Assembly: GCA_030248215.1 (NCBI GenBank)
Contig: JASANG010001402.1
Location: 310,001-374,000 of the forward strand
Direction: 5' to 3'
DNA length: 64,000 bases
Source of the DNA: Enoplolaimus lenunculus
Taxonomy: Eukaryota
The translations under genes and the position numbers were made by a program. This document shows positions 12,589 to 24,717 of the stretch, one piece after another (the first letter of the stretch is position 1; each line of letters begins with the position of its first letter). Below the pieces are notes generated by a model. The model was not told the DNA's origin, made no database searches, and saw only the letters and a program-made list of their open reading frames with translations.

Positions 12589-13026
12589 CTGTAGTGACCC
12601 GAATAAGTGGGGGGAACGGATATTTATTTGGCCTCACCAGAGGGTACCCCCCTTGTTATTCGGTTACGGACTGTTTTTAACCCGCCCTCCGCCGTCCTTC
12701 GTTACTGTGATATATATTCGGTATTGCAACTATCCGCTGAATTAAACGTTTTTTACCTTGCATCAAAAGCTTGAGCGATAATGCAAGGTTATACTTAGGA
12801 ATGTACTTTCAAAACTTAAGCACGCTTTAAAGTTCCAAACTTAACATAATTTGGTTCTGGAGTCATTTATGCCCTACAATTAGGGGAAATTGTCATTTAT
12901 GAACTCTAGATAGAGTTTGGAGACTCTATCCGCTTACGGAATCTTCATAGGAATACGGACTCCTATTGAGTGGGACTCAAAATGGGGACCCCCTCTTATT
13001 ACCCCCCTCTTATTCGGGTCAATCAA
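12589..13026. mobile_element. Tc1/mariner-pogo-like MITE (TA-CTGTAGTGACCCGAATAAG TIR)
   Basis: Homologous over its length to 55254-55701 and, inverted, to 18175-18570. Confidence 0.7.
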
Positions 13027-13123
13027 TATATAGTATTGATCTGCTCGCATGTTTGAATTTGTGGCTCTTGTACAGTACCCTACAAGGTTGGTCTAAGATA
13101 AAGGCGTTCGACTTAGGCTTAGG

Positions 13124-15247
13124 AGCCAGTGTATAGAAAAGACCCGTAACCGGCGGCGGATCCAAAAATTTCTGACGGGGAAGCGGGCTGGAAAATGTTA
13201 CGAAGCACAAAAATTGTAAGGTAGGGAGGAACCTTATCATTTTATCACTAAAAATTCTTACGGGAAAAATTGTAAAGTAGGGGCCTTACCATTTTATCAC
13301 CAAAAAATTCTTACGGGAAAAATTGTAAAGTAGGGGCCTTACCATTTTATCACCAAAAAATTCTTACGGGAAAAATTGTAAAGTAGGGGCCTTATCATTT
13401 TATCACCAAAAAATTCTTACGGGAAAAATTGTAAAGTAGGGGCCTTATCATTTTATCACCAAAAAATTCTTATGGGAAAAATTGTGAAGTAGGGGCCTTA
13501 TCATTTTATCACCAAAAAATTCTTACGGGAAGAATTGTAAAGTAGGGGCCTTATCATTTTATCACCAAAAAATTCTTACGGGAAGAATTGTAAAGTAGGG
13601 GCCTTATCATTTTATCACCAAAAAATTCTTACGGGAAAAATTGTAAAGTAGGGGCCTTATCATTTTATCACCAAAAAATTCTTACGGGAAAAATTGTAAA
13701 GTAGGGGCCTTATCATTTTATCACCAAAAAATTCTTACGGGAAAAATTGTAAAGTAGGGGCCTTATCATTTTATCACCAAAAAATTCTTACGGGAAAAAT
13801 TGTAAAGTACGGGCCTTATCATTTTATCACCAAAAAATTCTTACGGAGAAATTTAAGTAGGGGCCTTATCATTTTATCCCCAAAAAATTCTTACGGGAAA
13901 AATTGTAAAGTAGGGGCCTTATCATTTTATCACCAAAAAATTCTTACGGGAAAAATTGTAAAGTAGGGGCCTTATCATTTTATCACTAAAAATTCTTACG
14001 GGAAAAATTGTAAAGTAGGGGCCTTATCATTTTATCACCAAAAAATTCTTACGGGAAAAATTGTAAAGTAGGGGCCTTATCATTTTATCACCAAAAAATT
14101 CTTACGGGAAAAATTGTAAAGTAGGGGCCTTATCATTTTATCACCAAAAAATTCTTATGGGAAAAATTGTGAAGTAGGGGCCTTATCATTTTATCACCAA
14201 AAAATTCTTACGGGATGAATTGTAAAGTAGGGGCCTTATCATTTTATCACCAAAAAATTCTTACGGGAAAAATTGTAAAGTACGGGCCTTATCATTTTAT
14301 CACCAAAAAATTCTTACGGGAAAAATTGTAAAGTAGGGGCCTTATCATTTTATCACCAAAAAATTCTTACGGGAAAAATTGTAAAGTAGGGGCCTTATCA
14401 TTTTATCACCAAAAAATTCTTACGGGAAAAAGTGTAAAGTAGGGGCCTTACCTTCCATTTTATCACCAAAAAATTCTTACGGGAAAAATTGTAAAGTAGG
14501 GGCCTTATCATTTTATCACCAAAAAATTCTTACGGGAAAAATTGTAAAGTAGGGGCCTTATCATTTTATCACCAAAAAATTCTTACGGGAAAAATTGTAA
14601 AGTAGGGGCCTTACCATTTTATCACCAAAAAATTCTTACGGGAAAAATTGTAAAGTAGGGGCCTTATCATTTTATCACCAAAAAATTCTTACGGGAAAAA
14701 TTGTAAAGTAGGGGCCTTATCATTTTATCACCAAAAAATTCTTACGGGAAAAATTGTAAAGTAGGGGCCTTATCATTTTATCACCAAAAAATTTTTACGG
14801 GAAAAGTTGTAAAGTATGGGGCCTTATCATTTTATCACCAAAAAATTTTTACGGGAAAAGTTGTAAAGTATGGGGCCTTATCATTTTATCGTCACAAAAT
14901 GTTGTAAGGGGAAAAATTGTTTGGTGTTATCATAACAAAATTTCTGAGGGCAAAAATAGTATTTTGTAACAAAAAAATTGTATTTCTTACAAATAAAATT
15001 TTCGACGGGGAAATTGAAAAATTGTAAAGTAAGGACCTTACCTTTATAACACAGAACACCTCCCCCGCCACTCTGGATCCGCTGGTGGCCGTAACAGTAG
15101 TATAAGCATATTCCTTAACCTAAGCGAAAGGATGACTTTACCTAAACCGTAACATAAACCTAAGCAAAAAATTCATTGTCTAAAGCTTAAGCTTACTCTA
15201 TTACAGGCCAGCAGAAAAACGGTCTGCACCTGATCTTTACATGGGTC
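13124..15247. mobile_element. TTAGGC MITE interrupted by a hAT-like MITE (13151-15087) that contains a satellite
   Basis: Inner TIR cggcggcggatcca ... tggatccgctggtg with TSD cccgtaac/gccgtaac; the host resumes gtaacagtagtataagcatattcc and ends tgatctttacatgggtc. Confidence 0.8.
13232..14890. repeat. 53-bp tandem satellite, about 31 units
   Basis: Unit ccttatcattttatcaccaaaaaattcttacgggaaaaattgtaaagtagggg; period 53 (e.g. 13284 to 13337); highly homogeneous. Confidence 0.97.
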
Positions 15248-15448
15248 AGTTTAGGTAAAGGTATAAATTTATGATGACAGGCGAAGATATGGCTTAGCCT
15301 AAGTGTAAATGTGGAAAAACGCTACAAGAGCCCAAGCTGTATTAATACATGATTGATGCTGTGATGCGTTGCTTTCATAATGGGAAGACGAACATGAGCC
15401 AATCCGTATGTTTGCTTTATACAGAACCAGTCCTGGCGAACTGCAATG

Positions 15449-15712
15449 CACATTCAGACGTGCAAGTTTTTGCTGCGAAAACTTGCGCAGTCAGAACTTG
15501 CATTTTTTCATCAGCCAATGAGAAAACGGCTGCAATAAATTCTGTGAACTTCTTGCATGGTTTATTCATGTGAACTAAATTTCTGGCTATGATTTTTATT
15601 GAATTATTTGCAAATGGAAGTTTTTCCAAACTGCATTTTGGACAAAACTTGGCAAGTGCAAATTGCAACTGTAAGCTCTCGCAGCAAAAACTTGCACGTG
15701 TGAATAGGGCTT
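15449..15712. mobile_element. Palindromic MITE
   Basis: attcagacgtgcaagtttttgctgcga ... tcgcagcaaaaacttgcacgtgtgaat inverted arms. Confidence 0.6.
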
Positions 15713-16176
15713 TACTCTGCAGTTCTACAACCAGGGCCAGGCTTAGCGTCCCCATTAGTCGCTCAAATTGACAGTCCCGCACACCCAAGCGACGCCTGAC
15801 AAAGTTTGGAAATAAAAATTTCTAGCAGTATAACTTGTAATAAACTTTTAAAAACTTGAAATATTAAAATTTTATATATGTCTTTACTCGCTATCACTCG
15901 TGGTCAGCTGAGAATGGGTTGGTTAATGTTTATTAATACACAAACAACAAAAATGACTAATTCGTTCTCTGAGCTGATTACAATCAGAACTCGCTGAAGT
16001 TTTCAATGTCGGCACGCCACAGTTGCTTAGGCTTAGGAACACATTTTTGCAACGCTCAGACTTAGGCATAGAAATATGTTTAACGCCCCTTAAAGTAACA
16101 TTGGCCAAAATATGTATATTTTTAGTGATTATTTTTATCAAGTTTTATCCACTTAAACTGGATTTAGTTGAAAATT

Positions 16177-16293
16177 ATGTGTCAATCCTGCATTGTAGTT
16201 TGGCTGATGTGCTCATTGGCTGTTATGGTTGACGGGATTGGTTATCACCTGGCTTCAAAACCGAAAATTCAATCTGATTTGACAGTATACAAC
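16177..16293 (+). CDS. Uncharacterised secreted protein, exon 1 (signal peptide)
   Basis: MCQSCIVVWLMCSLAVMVDGIGYHLASKPKIQSDLTVYN then gtacgt donor, phase 0. Confidence 0.65.
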
Positions 16294-16345
16294 GTACGTT
16301 TAACACTGCTTTCAGTTCAACATTTTATTTCTTGAAAGAAGGGTA

Positions 16346-16604
16346 GGTCAATGTAAAGATCAGGAGCGGGACAGTATTATAAGCATATTTCCTAAGCCTA
16401 AGCCTAAGCCTAAGCGTAAGCATAAGAATGAGCATATTCCTAAGCCTAAGCCTAAGCCTAAGCCTAAGCGTAAGCATAAGAATGAGCCTATTTCCAAGCC
16501 TAAGCCTAAGCCTAAAACCAGGCAAAAGAAATTAGTCTAAACCATAAGCTTACTCTTTACTAGTCCCACAGAACAACGTTCCGTCCCTGATCGTTACATT
16601 GGCC
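16346..16604 (-). mobile_element. TTAGGC-carrying MITE, subtype A (intronic)
   Basis: Both TIRs and (gcctaa)n arrays are present. Confidence 0.8.
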
Positions 16605-16748
16605 GAAAGGATAATATTAATTTGTGAGCATTTTTAAGTTGATGTATTCGTAGCTATCAGCGTCTATTACCGAGCGTTCAACGGGTAGCAAAATAGCCTG
16701 CATAGCAGCAATTTGCACTACGACATAAAACATTTTAAATCGTTTCAG

Positions 16749-16916
16749 AATGAAAACAGTTACCGTCAAACAAACGATTCTTACATTTTTTATTCGCGTC
16801 CGTTTTGCGTTGGTCCAATGGTTGGTTCGTTTTGGAGTGGAAATCCGTTGCTTTTTGTGTCGACCGCAGGGGTTCAATATTTCAAACCAAATGCGGCGAA
16901 ATCTGTTATGATACAG
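16749..16916 (+). CDS. Uncharacterised secreted protein, exon 2
   Basis: gtttcag acceptor, CAG|gtacgt donor, 168 nt open in phase 0-0 (NENSYRQ...KSVMIQ). Confidence 0.7.
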
Positions 16917-17664
16917 GTACGTAAATTACGTTCACCTTGTATAAGGTTATATTTATGGTCAGTTTGAAAAAGCTGTTTTCAAATGCGTGTAGTACCTATC
17001 ATCAGTAGATACTATTGATTAGAACCTAGTCAGGGCCGGAGCAGCAGCAACCCCCCATACCCCCCATTTGGGGGAGCCCCTCACCCCTAAAGGGGCCCCG
17101 CCCTAACCGGTTGAAACAAAACCACTTAAGTTTTAAAATGCGTCTGGCATCTCGATCCCGAGTTTGGGGCCCCTACTCTGGAATTTGGTGGAGCCCTCAC
17201 CCTGTAATTTGGGGTGGATGCCCATCCTGGTATGTGGGGGGAGCCCCCACCCCTGCCTGCTCCTGTACTTAATTTTACATGTCTGCAAACAAAAAATTTG
17301 CAGTTTGGTTTGGTTAAAGCTTCGACTTTTGGTTCGTTTAGGTTATGCTGGCGGCTCTGGTGCTTTTGCACCGCCCTATTAAGTATCTCTGTTCATTTTA
17401 ACTTTTATCTTCCGTTCAAAAATTCCATTACGCTTTTATATACTTTCGCCCACAGGCTTAAGCTTTTAGGCTTACACTTCAATTGTGATAGGATAATGCT
17501 TTTGAAAAAGTTACCTAAGCCGAGACGTGAACCTTTGCCTAAACCATTACTCAAACTTAAACCTAAGCCTTAATCTTTAACGTGTAGGAAAGTGTACAAA
17601 AGATTTATATTATTTTGTATCAAATCGGCTTTCGGAAACATTTTTAATCCATTATTTATTTCAG

Positions 17665-17928
17665 GGTCCTATTGATTCGTCCAGCATACTCCACATTTGC
17701 ACCCATCCATCAGACTGTAATCTAAGACCGCGTAGCATCCTTAAAATCCGGTCTCCGATCGCAGAAAACGCCGCTTACTGTGTGCCAACTTTTGAAGACA
17801 CATTTAGCGATGGTCCTGTGGATGTTCGCTTGGTCCTTCCGCCGTTTCAACAAATCCAGTCCCGTCAAATGGCATCCGACTCGCATGTCGATGGAAAAGT
17901 CTTAGCAGTGAAAAATTTTGGAAATTAA
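17665..17928 (+). CDS. Uncharacterised secreted protein, exon 3
   Basis: tttatttcag acceptor; 87 open codons GPIDSSSILHICTHPSDC...KNFGN then TAA. Confidence 0.7.
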   Translation, partial: GPIDSSSILHICTHPSDCNLRPRSILKIRSPIAENAAYCVPTFEDTFSDGPVDVRLVLPPFQQIQSRQMASDSHVDGKVLAVKNFGN

Positions 17929-18174
17929 CCCAGTCTCGTTGTATTAAAACATATTATTTTTGTTCAGATTCAATTTTAGCATTTTGTGTTGCATCATCAT
18001 CTTCGGTAATTTGCTTACACACTCACTGTGCTGAAAATGCCAAATTTAATTTTTACAACACCCAAATGAATTTGAGTAAGTTTTTGGCCGTATAGCCGAA
18101 TTCATTTAATATTAACAGCGAAATTTTGTAATTAAATTCAATTTTATGTCACCATATAAACTTTTCATTTAATG

Positions 18175-18570
18175 CTGTAGTGACCCGAATAAGAGAGTGG
18201 GTAATAAGAGGGGGGTAATCAGAGGGGGTCCTCAGTTTGAGTCCCAATCAATAGGAGTCCGTATCCCTTATAACAGTCCGTTTGCTGATAGAGTCCCTAA
18301 GCCCTAATTAGACTTCATAAAAGGCAATTATCCCTAAATGCAGTGCGTAAATGACTCCAGACCAAAGAAAGTTGAGTTCGTTACCATAAAACATACTTAA
18401 GTTTTGAAAGTACATTCCCAAGTATAAACCTTACATTATCGTTTAAGCTATTGGCACAAGACGTTGAATTTTATGGATAGTTGCAATACCGTATATATCA
18501 GTAACGAAGGGCCGCGGAGGGTGGATTAAGAATAAATAACAGTCCGTAACCGAATAACAAGGGGGGTACG
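18175..18570. mobile_element. Tc1/mariner-pogo-like MITE, truncated
   Basis: ctgtagtgacccgaataagag start; inverted homologue of 12589-13026. Confidence 0.65.
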
Positions 18571-19447
18571 TAGAACAGAAATTCAGTTTTTACACGCGCA
18601 GTAAGCAAATTATTTTGGTTGATGTATTACTGTATTATAATTTTATGACGGTTCAATTTTTTGACATAATTGTTTCGTTTGTCCATAATCAGTGTAATTA
18701 CTTTACTGTTGAATATGTTTTTTGTCACCGCCCTCTGGCGGTGACTCCTGTATTCGCTAGCGGTATAGTTCAAAGACTTATGTGTTATAAATACAACAGA
18801 ATGTTTTCAGTGAAATTATTGATACAAATTTTTAAATAGAATTTTAACACACGTGTGACGTGCGATATAGCTCATAAACTATTTGCAAGTAAGCTTATTC
18901 TAATAAAAAGGGATGGCAAACATTCAATAGAGCTTCCATATTTCTGCTTTGCCATTTAATATTACCTAAATGATTATTTAACAAAACCTACAACCTAAAA
19001 ATATGAAGCATCGACAGTTAAAACTTGTTTTTCATTTTTACAGCTCCGGTTTTAATTACGCCATTAAAATTCCGCATTGTATATTAATTTTGATTGAACA
19101 GGTTTGGATACTAAGTTGAGAAAAATGAAATGTTGGAGTTCGTGCCTTTATAGCACGTTTGTGCGGCCAGCCAGTAGCTCTACTCCGGTAACTCAGCCCA
19201 ACGGCACCTTGCTACACACTGCGCCGAGAGTATGACTACAGCTATCATCGTCCGTTGAAGCATATTACTCGCAGCTTCACTTACAGTAGGCCACGCCAAA
19301 GGTCAGTTTTGAGACCTGGGAGGGGGAAATTTGAAGTATCACTTAGCATACAATCCTTACAAAGCACAATGGTTTATGTTTGCTATATATACAAACACAA
19401 TCAATTGTTCAATATGAAGGAAAAGTTACGAAATTCATCCAAAATTT

Positions 19448-19647
19448 GGCCAATGTAAAGAACACTGGCGGAACAGTGTTATAAGCATATTCCTAAGCCG
19501 AAGCCTAGCCTAAGCCTAAGCGTAAGCGTAAGAATGAGCATATTCCTAAGCCTAAGCCTAAGCCAAGCAAAAAAATAGTCTAAACCTTAAGCTTGCTCTA
19601 TTGCAGTCCCACAGAAAAACGTTCCGCCCCTGATCTTTACATGGGCC
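19448..19647 (-). mobile_element. TTAGGC-carrying MITE, subtype A
   Basis: Perfect 8-bp TSD CAAAATTT; near-consensus TIRs. Confidence 0.9.
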
Positions 19648-20027
19648 CAAAATTTTAAAAATTTGGATGCATCCGCTGTATTTTTTCTTAAAAATTTTAC
19701 AAAGCCCGGTAAATAATTGTACCCGTTAATTGTGGTGGCAAAAAAATGAAACTTCTTTGAAACTTTAATCAGATTCAGATATTTGAACTCAGATAAGAGT
19801 GGGTGATACCCGATTACTTCCCCCAGTCACACAACATAATAGAAGGTTATAGTTCGGTTCGCAGTGTTTATATTATTACGTGATCGCATGCTTCTGCTCA
19901 TACTCAGGCTTTAGGCTCAGGCTTTGGCTCAAATATTTGTCTTTTCCAATTCGTAGAACCGCAAGATGGTGTCCATAATCGTATTTCATGACAGATGTGA
20001 CAATGGTCGGGTTTGTGAAATTCAGTA

Positions 20028-20272
20028 CAGTTCAAAATTTAGTCAAATTGACTCTCTCCGAAATAGGCTCTACGGGAGTACACAAACTGGGTCAAATTGG
20101 GGTCCGCCTAGACTACGGGAGTACACAAACTGAGTCAAATTCCACTCCGCCAGATTCAAACTTGCGACTCAGTGAGTTGAATTTGATCCTGGTGAAGTCA
20201 AATTTGACTCAGTTAATTGTACCGTCAAGCCTATTTCGGAGAGTGCATTTGACTCGCTGTTTTTTGCAGTTT
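20028..20272. mobile_element. Fold-back MITE (same family as 46905)
   Basis: agtcaaattgactctctccgaaataggc ... gcctatttcggagagtgcatttgactc; small internal duplication. Confidence 0.7.
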
Positions 20273-20830
20273 ATATACTTATGTGTTTATGTACTTATTT
20301 AACGTCAAGGTAAGTGATTGGACAAAAACGCATTTATGCCAATTTTGAGATTGAGCGAACAGAAAGACGCCTTTGTACTCATGAAAGTATCTTCGGTCTA
20401 CAGTATCAGTTAGTGCAAGGTTACTATGCCAGAACTGTTCGTTTGTGCCACATTAATGTTTTCTGTGACTCAAAAATTTACTTAACTTAAGTACGCTTTT
20501 AGATACAATCAATTGGCTAAGTAATTTCTTAGCAAATACTTCAAGTCATGTTACTTAAGTAAAGTTTCAGAAACCTAGTCGCGGTCAACTAGAATATTTT
20601 ACCGAGTATTTTTGGCGTACCTACTTTTAATAACGCGACTTCCAAATGTCTTGTTTGCAGATGAGACAAAATGTTCATCTCATAACTCTTTGACCATACA
20701 ATTATGGGAAAAATTTTCAACGAAACATGACCGTGAGAAAAAATTTTAGCCGAGCATATCTATGGGAAAATTTCTCAGCCATCCATAACCGTGGGAACAT
20801 TTCTCGTCAATCGGCGATAATTTAACTTGG

Positions 20831-21590
20831 TTACGACTGAAACAGTTTCAACCATTTCAACCCACTATTGGCTGCTTTTTTCGCCAATGGCAAGCTATTG
20901 TTCGACCTGTCGACAGCTGTGCCCTGAGTGTTAGACGTCGTGGCGCCTGAGGTTGTGGGGGTATTGTGGGAATTTTGTACCCCTCCTGCAGAATTTGACT
21001 GTTTTCGTACCAGCTTATCACTCGATGACTTTGTCATTAAGCGCCTGGTGAAATTAGCCATAGGTGGTGTTTTTTCCACTGCTGTTGGCGATGTAGCTGG
21101 GGTAGAAGAGGTAGAAAGCCGATCATTGCCTGAAGGAGACGAACTCTGAGCAGGGAGTTCGCCAGGCCTCGACTCTCGGGAAGTTTTTGGTTTTGTATCC
21201 ATGGCCGACACTCGAAGGCTGAGAGATTTTTCAGAATCACTTGACGATTTATCAGTTCGGGGGGTAGGCGAAGATAACGGGGAAGAAGTGCTATCCCCTC
21301 GGTCCCCACCGGACCTGTTAGATGCTATTCTAGCTTGTGATCTACAACTAGAGTATGTTTGGGGCTTGCCTGAGGTATAGGTTCCAGCGGTCGTTGGTTT
21401 GACGTCAGGTTTGCCGGATTTTTCAGGTGCTGGGGGTGGCTTTTTGGGACGCGGAATCGGATATTGAGCGCGTTCGACGGCTGAATGAAATATCGGTTTG
21501 ACCAACGAGTATTCTTCGGTACAATTGGTTTCGGAAAATTCGCCCATAAATTGTGTCGCCAACGCGACACCTTTTGCTTTACTGACTTGC
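20831..21590 (-). CDS. RASL12: RASL12/RASL11-like small GTPase, exon 4 (end of G domain plus Ser/Thr/Pro-rich tail)
   Basis: ttttaag acceptor; (R)QVSKAKGVALATQFMGEFSETNCTEEYSLVKPIFHSAVERA resembles the RASL12 C-terminal helices; stop at 20831; no CAAX motif. Confidence 0.85.
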
Positions 21591-21643
21591 CTTAAAATTT
21601 TGACAAACCGTAATTATATTTGGGTATTATAGATAGTACTTGA

Positions 21644-21858
21644 GGCCCATGTATAGAACAGGGCCCGATCGTTTACCGAAAATGCTATAATAGAGTCAGG
21701 TTAAGCTTTAGATTAATTTTTTGCTTAAGCTTAGGCTTAGGCTTAGGCTTAGGCTTAGGCTTAGGCTTTAGGAATAGGCTCATTTATACGCTTAGGCTTA
21801 GGCTTGGGCTTAGGAATATGCTTATACTACTGTTCCGGCCCTGTTCTGTACATGGGCC
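21644..21858 (+). mobile_element. TTAGGC-carrying MITE, subtype B
   Basis: TIR ggcccatgtatagaacagggcc; TSD gtacttga/atacttga. Confidence 0.9.
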
Positions 21859-21887
21859 ATACTTGATAATGTTTCCATTAATATTTC

Positions 21888-22049
21888 GGCCCATGTTACT
21901 TTAAGGGGCGTCCAGGTTTCTGGTGGGTCCACAAAAAAAGTAAGTTTACATTCTAGATAAAATTTTTTGCTTAGGCTTGCTTAGGCTTAGGTTTAGGCTT
22001 AGGAATACGCTTAATCTACTGTTATACGCCCCTTAAAGTAACACTGGCC
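21888..22049 (+). mobile_element. TTAGGC-carrying MITE, subtype C
   Basis: TIR ggcccatgttactttaaggggcgt; perfect TSD AATATTTC. Confidence 0.9.
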
Positions 22050-22581
22050 AATATTTCAAAGAACACTTAAAATATCAGGGTACAACCGGAGGTTGGCCTC
22101 CGGCTCCGGCAAGTTTCGTTTACGTCCGGCTCTGGCTCCGGTATTTTTGACTCCCGGTTACACCCTGCAAATATGTTTGTAGCTTGAAATTTGTTTGCTT
22201 TGTAACATTTTTGTTAATGACTCAAATTGCAGGTAAATAAACTTTTACGCACAGAATTCGCAACAACTGTGGCGCATGGTATCACGACAACTGGTCGCTG
22301 AACAACTTGTATCCGAAATTTCATTGTCTCGACAATTCGCCGCATATCGTTATACTTATGCTTAAGGGTTGTTAGGATTACGCTTAAAATTAGGCAATGA
22401 TATATTTACTAGGCTTTAAGAAACTGTTGGGCGACCAGGGTATCGGGCGCCGAACTGTAGATTCGTGGTGCATGATTGCAATGAAAACTTCAAAATGGTC
22501 CGGTGGGTCGTATAACGATTTGTGGGTAACCAAATCATTTGCTTGAGTCCCACAGTTTTCTAGCCTCTGTTACTAATCCTA

Positions 22582-22827
22582 CACTCAAAATATTATTTCT
22601 GATATTTAAGAAAAAATTTCTTACATTTGTGAAATATGATTAGCAAGGTGCACTTGAAAAGCATTTCTGTTATAACAGAAATGTTTTCAAAAACGTTTTG
22701 AAATAAAGCCTGAAAATAAACGTTTTCCAGTTATTTTTAGAAAAATTGTCTTAAATATCAGCAAAACTTTTCAGATTTGCCACAGAAAACACTTTTGTGA
22801 AAAAATTCAGAAATACTTTTTTGTGTG
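22582..22827. mobile_element. AT-rich CAC...GTG MITE (CMC/EnSpm-like)
   Basis: TA-cactcaaaa ... ttttgtgtg-TA; very similar to 51703-51949. Confidence 0.75.
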
Positions 22828-23056
22828 TAGTTGCGAGTCTGATTTCGTTGTCAACAATTCTTAAACTTTTGGCTTGTTTTGACCAATCAGAGTCTTCCCC
22901 TAAACATATCCGAGGACGCCCCCACTAAAGTGTTCCATTACTCTATAAGTTTCGTGGTCCGTGAAACAATTTTTAGTTTTCCAGGATGGAGTCGCAAAGA
23001 TCGGGTCCGCCAATTGGGGGGGAAGGCTGAGTGGCGCTTTCGCAGGCACTGGGTAC

Positions 23057-23247
23057 CTGTATCGTTCCATATCGCATTTGTTGCCGACGACATGCAACGA
23101 ATGCTGTCGTCGGCATAATGTATGATCATGACGATCAATAACTCGCAATAATTCTTCAGCGTATTCATACGATAAGTAATTAGTAATACTGTATACGACA
23201 ATAAATATATCAGCCCAACTAATATAACGACTTGGATCTTTGTTTGG
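23057..23247 (-). CDS. RASL12: RASL12-like GTPase, exon 3
   Basis: PNKDPSRYISWADIFIVVYSIT...HVVGNKCDMERYR (G4 NKxD motif); tttttag acceptor, AG|gtacc donor; phases match both neighbours. Confidence 0.92.
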
Positions 23248-23327
23248 CTAAAAATAAATAATAATACCAACCTTTACGTTGTAGAAACATAACTTTAAGT
23301 CGACCTTTGACTGTGAATAAAAAAATT

Positions 23328-23523
23328 GGCCAATGTAATACTTGAACGGGCGTAACAGTAGATTATGCGTATTGCTGAGCCTAAGCATACATAAGCCTAA
23401 GCTTTGCAAGAATGTGTTCCTAAGCCTAAGCCTAAGCCTAAGCAAAAAATGTAATCTAGAATCTAAACTTACTCTGTTATAGGCCCACCAGAAACCTGGA
23501 CGCCCCTTAAAGTAACATGGGCC
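23328..23523 (-). mobile_element. TTAGGC-carrying MITE, subtype C
   Basis: Perfect TSD AAAAAATT. Confidence 0.88.
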
Positions 23524-24116
23524 AAAAAATTAATTTAAGCTTATGGAGCTATCATTTTAACAAGCTTACAATCTTTGCCACCCGTCGTAAACGTTAACTG
23601 TTGTTTTGAGTGATTTTAACAACGTTGACAAAAATTGCAAAAATTAGCAGAAATATCGCGACTTTACCGTTTCTGTTATGATTATTTGTTTTTATTTTAT
23701 GTCAGATCTCATTTCAAACTAAGATTCGAACCCCAAAGGGTAACTTACATCTTGTGAAGATTTGTATACTGTAGATACGCCTGAGAATTGTTAGCCTCTG
23801 TATAGATCAGGGGCGGAACGTTTTTCTGTGGGACTAGAATAGAGTATGCTTAGGATTTAGACTAGTGTTTTGCTTGGCTTAGGCTTAGGCTTGGGTTTAG
23901 GCTTAGGAATATGCTTATAATGATGTTCCGCCCCTGTTTTTTACATTAGCTGCATTGTTAAACACTGAGCATTGTGTATTATTTCTCGCTTTAGCTCATT
24001 TGTATATAACTGGTGTTTTGAGAATCAGCGTTCACCTATTTGAGTATATATAACTTTTCAACCATTTACCCAGCAAACCATAGTCAACAGTCCCTAATGC
24101 GCGTTCGTTACACTAA

Positions 24117-24338
24117 GCCCGTATTCTCAAAAGTATGTAGCATCTATCATCAGTTGGTGATAGGTCCGGTAACTTTGAAACCAGCGCATGGTGAGGTTTG
24201 AAATTCGGCACATTGTTCGCGTTTGATTTGCGCTACTTCTGTACCAATTTTGATATCTACAACTGCAGATGTTCGTCTGTTTCAAAACCTATCGCTAATT
24301 GATGATAGATGCTATACGCATTTGAGAATATGGGTCCT
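24117..24338. mobile_element. MITE with ~50-bp TIR (gcccgtattctcaaa...atctatcatcagt), PIF/Harbinger-like
   Basis: Inverted ends visible; relatives near 850-1040, 4022-4405 and 26697-26900. Confidence 0.65.
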
Positions 24339-24533
24339 AGTTTAAATTCAAAAACTTCTACAAACTAAATTTTCAATTTTTCAAAACAAAAGATAACAAA
24401 CAACACAAAAGAATCCCTTGGAAACAACTACTTCGTAGTGTGGCGTTATACTTGTCACACAGCGCCATCCGGCGCGGCGCCGGACCGTGACAGATGGCCC
24501 CGCACGTCATCAAAGGTAAAGCTCCATCCTTAC

Positions 24534-24664
24534 CCCCTCGACCGTATCCATAATCCAAATCAGATATTCACGGTTGCCAATTGTGTCCCGTTTGCAATAA
24601 GTGTCTTCAAGGTTTGGATCGTATTCACCAATAAACCGACGCGTGATATATTTGACCGTCAACG
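24534..24664 (-). CDS. RASL12: RASL12-like GTPase, exon 2
   Basis: (A)LTVKYITRRFIGEYDPNLEDTYCKRDTIGNREYLIWIMDTVEG; the effector loop EYDPNLEDTY is typical of RASL12; canonical AG and GT sites. Confidence 0.92.
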
Positions 24665-24717
24665 CTAAACGCGTAAATTCCACGCAAAGTGATACGGATC
24701 AAAAGTTCAGCAGCTAA

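Noticed and set aside
13232..14890. CRISPR-like regular array
   Set aside because: Units are head-to-tail with no unique spacers, there are no cas genes, and the context is eukaryotic.
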